A DNA stretch of 64,000 nt from contig JAJTYH010000003.1 in the NCBI GenBank assembly GCA_021463465.1, forward strand, positions 147,549 through 211,548, read 5' to 3'. The notes under the pieces are model-generated. The model searched no databases and had not been told where the DNA came from. It saw nothing but the letters and a program-made list of their open reading frames with translations. Position numbers and translations under genes: made by a program. This document shows positions 57,322 to 64,000 of the stretch, piece after piece (the stretch's first letter is position 1; every line of letters starts with the position of its first letter). The stretch is from a bacterium (GTDB taxonomy: Bacteria > Patescibacteriota > Dojkabacteria > SC72).

Positions 57322-60303
57322 ATGGCGAAGTCAAGAAAACCAAAAGGATTTTCAGATCCACTTGATTCCATATTTGGCTTTATTTTTACTGGCGCTAAAT
57401 CTAAACCAGTAAAGACAAGGCCAACAAGATTTACAGGGGTTAATGCAACCGAGATGTTAAGCCAAGGACTTGCTGAAATTGCAAGTAAACCTGCTAACTA
57501 TGTTAGTTCTGCTCTCATGGAACCCGTTAACCAGTTGGCAAATGGGGTGAAGATTTCAGAGTTTCATCTAGATCGATTTGATGACTCGTTGCTAAAGAAT
57601 CTTGATAACTCAGCAGGTCGTTTTAGAATCCGAGGTGGGGATTTAGCTAAGTTCATGAAGGACCCAAATAAATTTGTTGACTCGGTTTTTCAAGGTGCGG
57701 CTGAGGAACGTAAATGGGCTAGGTATCTTAATATTGGACGAGGGATGGATACCGCGCTGCTCACGGCCTGGGCGAAGAAACAAGGTTTTAGCTCTAAAGA
57801 TGCATTGCAAATAGGTTTGGCAACAAGTAATTTTTTGGGTCCTGACCAAACGCTTGAAGCTAAAAAGAAACAAGCTCAGAACTCAGTTCTAAGATATCTT
57901 GATAGTAGGAGTGGTACATCTAAAGTATCTAAAACGATTTCCAGTCAGACACTTGAAGCATTAGAAAAATATAAAGGAGCTGGGTTTAGGAGTGAGGCAG
58001 AGCTTGAAAAAGTTTTACGTACTGTCCCTGGACTTGCCACTAGAAGTGATTTCTCAACGATAGTTACTGAGATTTTTGATGGCTATGCTGACGAAGCTTA
58101 TGGTAAGAAGGATGCAACTACGGGAGAGAGAAAAGGCGGTAAATGGAATAGTATAGGTGGTGGCTGGTTAACGGATGGCAAATTAAACCGCAATGGTTAC
58201 ATCTCAGTTTTGAATGATAACTATTTACAAAGAGCGAGCCTACTTGATGCGACTGATCCACATCAAGCTCTAGAACAAAGACGGTTGTTGGCGGCAAGGC
58301 AGTCATTATCAACGCTTTTAAGGCTTAAGGGCCCCAGTTTTAATCCGATTGAGGCAAGTGCAACTTTTGGTAGCCAAATCGATAGTATTAATAAAGAAAT
58401 TGAAAAAATGAAAGCTAGGGCTGGAACAGCGGGATTAAACGCCAGACAAAAGATTTACGCATCAAATTTAGAAGGCATTGCAAAACAGATTGAAGCAGCA
58501 ATTGCTGAAGGAGATAAGGCTGCGCAAAGAAAAATGCAACGTAGATGGTTTGGTTTTCAACCTGTTGGTGATTTTTCTGCCTATAGGAAAGCTATGGTTG
58601 CGGATGTTGATTTAGAGATCGAGAGGGCTGGTTGGCAGGCGATATCCCCAGGTCTTTCAGCGTCCAAAAAGGAATACTACAAGAATCTTATAGCATCTTT
58701 AATGCAAAGAAAGAAAGAGTTGAGATCTGCTCCTCTCAGAGATTGGCGAATAATAATTGCTGATACTGTTGGGGCATATAGGTCTATAGATGGAAATATT
58801 AGACAGGGAGGATTAGCTGGTGGAATAATTTCTGGATCGATTTTTACAAATGATTACTTTAGTCCAGCACAAGGTCAAAAGTTTATTGTCAAAAGATTTG
58901 AGAAATCAACATTTGGAAAAGTATGGGAAAACGAAGTTCCAGTAATGAGGGGTGATATTAATCAGAATTATGCATCAATGACAAGCTTGTATTATTTTAC
59001 ACCTGGATCACTTGCCAAAACATTCTTTTTTAATGGTGAAGGTTTTTCTAGATTGCTATTAAGGCAAAGAGTTAATAATCTTAACTCTATTTTGACTCCT
59101 TCTGCATTAAGTAGTCTTAATGGCTTTTTAAACGCATCACCTTCACTCCTAGCTTCGTTAACAAGTGCTGGTTGGGCAAAAGGAGGGAAAGTCAATTTAG
59201 ATGTAGGCTCACTTGTTTACGATTTACCTGGCTTTATGAGCGCCGTTGAGAAAGGTGGAGGTGCTAAAGCACTAGGTCCATTATGGGGGCAACTTACTAA
59301 GGTCTATAATACTGATCAAAACGGTCCAGTGGCTCAAGCACTTCGATTTTTTGGGACACCTCAGAGGAACTTAGTTAAAGTTGCTACATGGTATGAGGCA
59401 ACATTTCGAAAACCTTTCGGCCAATTTTTACATACAAAGGTATACCCTAAAATTTTAGGTAGGAAGTTTGCGGAAAAGATTGCCCTTACAGGGAGTATTA
59501 AAGCCGCTATTTCAGCCATTGTTACTGATGCCTTGGTTGCGTTGGGTGTATCAATTGGTGGACCAATTGGTGCTGTAGCTGCATTTATAGTGACTTTTGT
59601 AGTTGAGGATGTTTTATTAAAAATAGCTAAACCATTAGTTAAACTTTTTTTCCTCGTTTTATGGTCTACGGTATTAGTTATAGTAGCCTTTATAGGTTTT
59701 GTTCTTATAATTTGGCCATCGACTTACCCACTCCCTCAGCAGCATAAACCACCCCTTGATGCGATGGCATGTGGTGGTGGAAACCCTTTTAGTGGTCTTT
59801 ATAATTTCCAAACCGTCCAAGCAAGCAATATCCCAGATGCGCCACCAGGTTCAACATGCCCTATTCTTAGCCCATCAATGTTATGTTCTCAAGGCTCGGG
59901 CCCAGGTTCTTCAAGCTATCACTCTGCAAGGCAAAGTTTGGATATAAGTGCCAGAGGTTTAGCTGATACTGTTTGGTATGCGCCTACCAACGGTACTGTA
60001 GTATCATTTTCTGCGAGAAATATATGTAATGACGGCGCTGACTATGGAGGAGCACTAGTATTTAGAGATAGTGCCGGCACCACATATACTCTTTTACATG
60101 TAAAGGCACTTGCTTCGGGTCCTGTAAGTAAAGGTAAACCAGTAGCAATAATTCAAACGGATTTAATACCTAGTGATTGTTGGACGGGTCCGCACTTCCA
60201 CCTTGACGTACAGACTGGAGGAGGGTTTGTAAATACAGAGACTTGGTATAGGGAGAAGTTAAAATGTAATATCACTAAGGCTGCACCGAGCTGTAATGGA
60301 TAA
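57322..60303 (+). CDS. Large membrane protein with C-terminal M23 (LytM) peptidase domain
   Basis: About 730-aa basic N-region and two hydrophobic segments, then H......D, YAPTNGTV, YGG, LLHV, TGPHFH. Confidence 0.8.
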   Translation: MAKSRKPKGFSDPLDSIFGFIFTGAKSKPVKTRPTRFTGVNATEMLSQGLAEIASKPANYVSSALMEPVNQLANGVKISEFHLDRFDDSLLKNLDNSAGRFRIRGGDLAKFMKDPNKFVDSVFQGAAEERKWARYLNIGRGMDTALLTAWAKKQGFSSKDALQIGLATSNFLGPDQTLEAKKKQAQNSVLRYLDSRSGTSKVSKTISSQTLEALEKYKGAGFRSEAELEKVLRTVPGLATRSDFSTIVTEIFDGYADEAYGKKDATTGERKGGKWNSIGGGWLTDGKLNRNGYISVLNDNYLQRASLLDATDPHQALEQRRLLAARQSLSTLLRLKGPSFNPIEASATFGSQIDSINKEIEKMKARAGTAGLNARQKIYASNLEGIAKQIEAAIAEGDKAAQRKMQRRWFGFQPVGDFSAYRKAMVADVDLEIERAGWQAISPGLSASKKEYYKNLIASLMQRKKELRSAPLRDWRIIIADTVGAYRSIDGNIRQGGLAGGIISGSIFTNDYFSPAQGQKFIVKRFEKSTFGKVWENEVPVMRGDINQNYASMTSLYYFTPGSLAKTFFFNGEGFSRLLLRQRVNNLNSILTPSALSSLNGFLNASPSLLASLTSAGWAKGGKVNLDVGSLVYDLPGFMSAVEKGGGAKALGPLWGQLTKVYNTDQNGPVAQALRFFGTPQRNLVKVATWYEATFRKPFGQFLHTKVYPKILGRKFAEKIALTGSIKAAISAIVTDALVALGVSIGGPIGAVAAFIVTFVVEDVLLKIAKPLVKLFFLVLWSTVLVIVAFIGFVLIIWPSTYPLPQQHKPPLDAMACGGGNPFSGLYNFQTVQASNIPDAPPGSTCPILSPSMLCSQGSGPGSSSYHSARQSLDISARGLADTVWYAPTNGTVVSFSARNICNDGADYGGALVFRDSAGTTYTLLHVKALASGPVSKGKPVAIIQTDLIPSDCWTGPHFHLDVQTGGGFVNTETWYREKLKCNITKAAPSCNG

Positions 60304-61345
60304 ACTATTTGAGTTTGTAAAAAACAATAAACAAATTACGATTATTACTGGTGGGATTCTAGTGCTAATTGTACTTGTAATATTTACAATTCTACCTGAA
60401 GGGACTAAAGGTGGTGTTGCGTTAATAGAACAACCACTCTACTTCTATAAATCTAAAAGGATAAGTATACCCGTCAAACTTGCCCAAGATACGAAGGTGA
60501 ACACCAAGCCTTGGAATATTTACCGTATTAAAAATGATAATCAGAATATAAAGGTTGAAGGTATAATAACCAAACTAAATATTGATAATCCTTCTAAAAA
60601 GGTAAGCGGGGGTATCTTGTATGAATGGAGTAATAAGGATGGAGATTTGGTTCAGTACGATGTTAAAACTCAAACAATGAGTTTAGTAATGCAAAATAGG
60701 ATAGAGGTTTTTCCTGAGTTAGGAGTTGCAAGTGATTCTCAGCTAATGGGGCTTTTGACCGATTTTATCCATAAATATGTTGATAACTCGTATGAGTATA
60801 AAGAAGTAAATGTAGTGAAGTTAGGAAATGGATATAAGATTGAAGGTAGAAGATTGGTTAATGGTGTGGCGCTCCAGACTCCTGGTTTAAGCAAGTATCA
60901 TGATTATATTGAGTTAGATAATCAATACAACTTGAAATTAGCGAGGGTTGTGCTAGTTGAACTTGAGAGTGAAATTGCTGATAAAATAAAACTTATTAAA
61001 CCGAATGAACTTGGGAGCGTAGTCTCAAGAGACGCCTATCCAAAGGAATTTAATCAAGACTTCCCGCAAGGATTGGATATTGATAAGGGTAAAAGTGATG
61101 ATTCAAATCAGGACAATCTGGGAGTAGAGATCCCAAAGGTTAGCAATATTACTGTTGAGTCTATGGAAGTTGTATATCTATTTAGTAATGTGGATCAGCA
61201 GTTTCTTGTTCCAGTTTATAGGCTAGAAGGCAAAAGCAGAGTGGTAATTGCTGGGAGGGAGTTTGAACTTAACAGTGTTGTACATGCAAGTGCAATTGAT
61301 CCTGACCATGTATATATACCCTCTAATATACCTTTCGCTCCTTAA
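60296..61345 (+). CDS. Membrane-anchored exported protein (possibly YycH/YycI-like fold)
   Basis: N-terminal TM; beta-rich; C-terminal EVVY...LVPVYRLEG pattern. Confidence 0.65.
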   Translation: MDKLFEFVKNNKQITIITGGILVLIVLVIFTILPEGTKGGVALIEQPLYFYKSKRISIPVKLAQDTKVNTKPWNIYRIKNDNQNIKVEGIITKLNIDNPSKKVSGGILYEWSNKDGDLVQYDVKTQTMSLVMQNRIEVFPELGVASDSQLMGLLTDFIHKYVDNSYEYKEVNVVKLGNGYKIEGRRLVNGVALQTPGLSKYHDYIELDNQYNLKLARVVLVELESEIADKIKLIKPNELGSVVSRDAYPKEFNQDFPQGLDIDKGKSDDSNQDNLGVEIPKVSNITVESMEVVYLFSNVDQQFLVPVYRLEGKSRVVIAGREFELNSVVHASAIDPDHVYIPSNIPFAP

Positions 61346-61384
61346 GGTATACAAAGTTTTACAAATACTGCTATGATTATCAGT

Positions 61385-62560
61385 ATGAAAAAATTGTTGT
61401 TGGCTATACTATTTTCTTTAATGTTGACTTTAGCTTTTGAGCAGGTGAGTAAGGCGTATACTTTAAGAAGTAGGGAGGAAATGGGGTTTGATGAGAGTAT
61501 TGCAGATCAAAGCCAGACCACAATCGCAGCTCCTTCGAAAATTTTTATTACTCGGGTACTAACTGCCAACGAGGAATATGAGGCTCAAACTGAAATATGG
61601 GTTAAATCATTATATTACTACTCAATTACCCGTTTAGGTTTTCTTGACTTACCATACACCTATTTAGTTGATCGGGATGGTAAGGTTTATGAAGGGAGAG
61701 CTGGTGGTATTTATACTGATCCGGAGACAGTACAAACAGGTGGGCAATTGGTAATAGGTTATCTTTCAAATAGCGAGGATGTAACGGCTTTAGCTAGTCA
61801 ATCCCTACGTCAATTGATTACAGAGATTTCGTATACATACGGTGTGACAAGGTCTGAAGTCCAGATAGGGAAATTAGATATTGCAGAAGGAGGAGAGGTA
61901 GCTAAGACTATTCTCTTAACTGATGGAAGCAGCTTTACTTCAGAGATTGAAACACTGCTTAACAGCTTTACCTATTCCGAAGTAGAGCACATTAAATATC
62001 GTGCTGCGGTTAAATCAGTTACATACGCCAAAACGGTAGAAGCTTCAGAAAAGTTTACTGTTGAAGCTACTCTTATAAATACGAATGATTTCCCCTGGTT
62101 TACTAACAACAATTATATTTATGTTTCTACTCGTAATAAACAAGAATCCCCTTTTGCAGTTAACGGAGTGTGGGATAGCTTTAGTAAACCGGTGGCAATT
62201 ACAGATAAGGTGGTTTTGCCAGGAAAGGAGTTGGTGGTAACCTTTGATATGCAGGCTATGTTACTGCCTGGCAAATACACTGCACGCTTCAATTTGATGA
62301 AGCTTCCTAATGTTCAATTCGCTGGGTCCAACTTTGATGTTGCTTTTGAGATTAAAAAAGGTAGTGCAAAGCTGGTGAGAATCATTGGAATACCATCCTT
62401 GAATGTCCGTGAGTGTATCGGTTCCAATTGTAAGGTTCTTACACAGGTTGCCGAAAATCAGGTGCTTATAATGTTAGAGAAGAATGCGGGTTGGTACAAA
62501 ATTAGATATTCCGAAAAAGCGTCCGGATGGGTGTACGGACAGTACGTTGAGCAGTTATAA
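61385..62560 (+). CDS. Exported Amidase_2/PGRP-like + Ig-like + SH3b protein
   Basis: Signal peptide; GFLDLPYTYLVDRDGKVYEGR; NBR1-Ig-like domain; LNVR...GWYKI...GWV SH3b. Start ATG 61385 (track 61373). Confidence 0.8.
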   Translation: MKKLLLAILFSLMLTLAFEQVSKAYTLRSREEMGFDESIADQSQTTIAAPSKIFITRVLTANEEYEAQTEIWVKSLYYYSITRLGFLDLPYTYLVDRDGKVYEGRAGGIYTDPETVQTGGQLVIGYLSNSEDVTALASQSLRQLITEISYTYGVTRSEVQIGKLDIAEGGEVAKTILLTDGSSFTSEIETLLNSFTYSEVEHIKYRAAVKSVTYAKTVEASEKFTVEATLINTNDFPWFTNNNYIYVSTRNKQESPFAVNGVWDSFSKPVAITDKVVLPGKELVVTFDMQAMLLPGKYTARFNLMKLPNVQFAGSNFDVAFEIKKGSAKLVRIIGIPSLNVRECIGSNCKVLTQVAENQVLIMLEKNAGWYKIRYSEKASGWVYGQYVEQL

Positions 62561-64000
62561 TGAACTCTGTGTCGACTGATTCAATTCTCCAAAACTTAAA
62601 TCCTCAACAGCAAGAAGCTGTGTTACATACCCAGGGTCCTTTGTTGATTTTTGCTGGTGCTGGCTCGGGAAAAACGAACACCATTACTCGTCGTATTGCA
62701 TACTTAATTGCTCACGAAGGTGTAAGCCCATACGAAATATTAGCAGTTACTTTCACAAAAAAAGCTGCTGGTGAGATGCAAGAAAGAGTGGCCAGAATAT
62801 TGAGGGAGATTGGGTATGAAGGAGATATGAGACCTGTTATGGGAACATTTCATTCTGTTGGAGCACAAATACTCCGAAAAGAAGCGGAATATCTAGGTTT
62901 AGATTCTGGGTTTTCGATTTATGATTCAGATGATTCTGAAGGTATGGTGAAAGAACTTCTGATTAATATGAATTATGACACGAAACAGATAAAGCCAGGA
63001 GTTATATCTGCGTACATAAGTAATGCTAAAAATGAATTAGTAGGTCCGGAGAATTATAAGTATGAATACAGTGGCTATATAGAAGACATTGCTGCTCAGG
63101 TCTATGAGAAGTATCAAGAACAGCTCACCTCTCAAAATGCTGTGGACTTTGGAGATTTGATTTATCTCCCAGTTAAACTTTTTAAGGAGCATCTGGAAAT
63201 TCTCAAGAAGTATCAGGAGAGGTTTAAATATATATTAGTGGATGAGTATCAGGACACTAACAAGGCGCAGTATACTTTTATTAAATTACTTTCCCAAGAG
63301 CATCAGAACATCTGTGTGGTAGGAGATGATGATCAGGGTATATATGCGTGGCGTGGAGCTGATATTAAGAATATTCTTTCATTTGAAAAAGATTTTCCAG
63401 GTGCAAAGATTATTAAATTGGAACAGAATTATCGTTCAAGTGCAACTGTAATACATGCTGCTGTGTCTGTGATTACACAGAATTCCCAACGTGCAGAAAA
63501 AGAATTATGGACCGAACGTGATTTAGGTAACAAGATAATGGTATATCAGGCTAGGGATCCGGAGGATGAAGCAAGATTTGTAGTTGACGAACTGTATTCA
63601 GTTCAGAGAGAAGGTTATACCCTTAATGACTGCGCTATTTTATATCGCACCAATTATCAATCAAGGGCAATTGAAGAGGAGTTATTACGCAGAGGTATTT
63701 CTTATCGTCTTGTCGGAGGTTTTCGCTTTTACGAGCGTAAAGAAATTAAGGACATAATTAGTTATCTCCGCTTTGCTCATAATATTAAAGACGATTTATC
63801 TATCTCACGTATTCTAAATGTTCCGACTCGTAAAGTAGGACCTAAGACTATTCAAGAACTCTTTAAAGTAGCTAGGGGTATAAACGTATCAGTGGGGCAG
63901 TTACTCGTAGCTCTGTATATCAAAGAGGAAGAGAAAAATGACTTTGAGTTTAATGCAGATGTTCTATATAAGGTTGCAAAGTTGGATAGTCTTGATAAGT
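62560..64000 (+). CDS. pcrA: UvrD/PcrA superfamily I helicase, 3'-truncated by window edge
   Basis: Manual translation: LNPQQQEAV, AGAGSGKT, AVTFT, GTFHS, LVDEYQDTN, VVGDDDQ.IY.WRGA, LEQNYRS, ILYRTN.QSR. Confidence 0.96.
   Translation, partial: MNSVSTDSILQNLNPQQQEAVLHTQGPLLIFAGAGSGKTNTITRRIAYLIAHEGVSPYEILAVTFTKKAAGEMQERVARILREIGYEGDMRPVMGTFHSVGAQILRKEAEYLGLDSGFSIYDSDDSEGMVKELLINMNYDTKQIKPGVISAYISNAKNELVGPENYKYEYSGYIEDIAAQVYEKYQEQLTSQNAVDFGDLIYLPVKLFKEHLEILKKYQERFKYILVDEYQDTNKAQYTFIKLLSQEHQNICVVGDDDQGIYAWRGADIKNILSFEKDFPGAKIIKLEQNYRSSATVIHAAVSVITQNSQRAEKELWTERDLGNKIMVYQARDPEDEARFVVDELYSVQREGYTLNDCAILYRTNYQSRAIEEELLRRGISYRLVGGFRFYERKEIKDIISYLRFAHNIKDDLSISRILNVPTRKVGPKTIQELFKVARGINVSVGQLLVALYIKEEEKNDFEFNADVLYKVAKLDSLDK

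Overview
This is a gene-dense, AT-rich bacterial chromosomal segment using the standard genetic code. It most likely comes from a Patescibacteria (CPR) organism of the Microgenomates/WWE3/Dojkabacteria type. That assignment is an inference from the short IF2 and AlaRS, the near absence of Shine-Dalgarno motifs, a PrgI/VirB4 module among housekeeping genes and many Ig/FN3 surface proteins. Housekeeping genes are murJ (partial), groES-groEL, folD, sufS-sufU, recF, lepA, rpsT, holA, an LCP protein, mltG, yqgF, alaS, dnaJ, nusA-ylxR-infB, rpsO-pnp, rsmE, an RsmB/F methyltransferase and a partial pcrA/uvrD. I found no tRNA, rRNA, CRISPR array, integrase or transposase. Main observations: (1) a small lipoprotein gene upstream of nusA is enclosed by an 18-bp 5'UTR/3'UTR helix with boxA-like motifs and a long G-U-rich hairpin, resembling an rRNA-precursor or fold-back mRNA; (2) a split, apparently domesticated Gram-positive-type T4SS (PrgI/VirB4 at 13-17 kb; VirB6-like, M23 and PGRP-like genes at 54-62 kb); (3) a sortase and two distant proteins sharing a [S/T]PETAL sorting signal; (4) a Lon ATPase with no protease domain; (5) several apparent pseudo-enzymes; (6) variant CIRCE elements at groES and dnaJ; (7) recurrent leaderless-type promoters; (8) an unlisted 45-aa membrane ORF. 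All family assignments are by motif recognition only; no searches were run.
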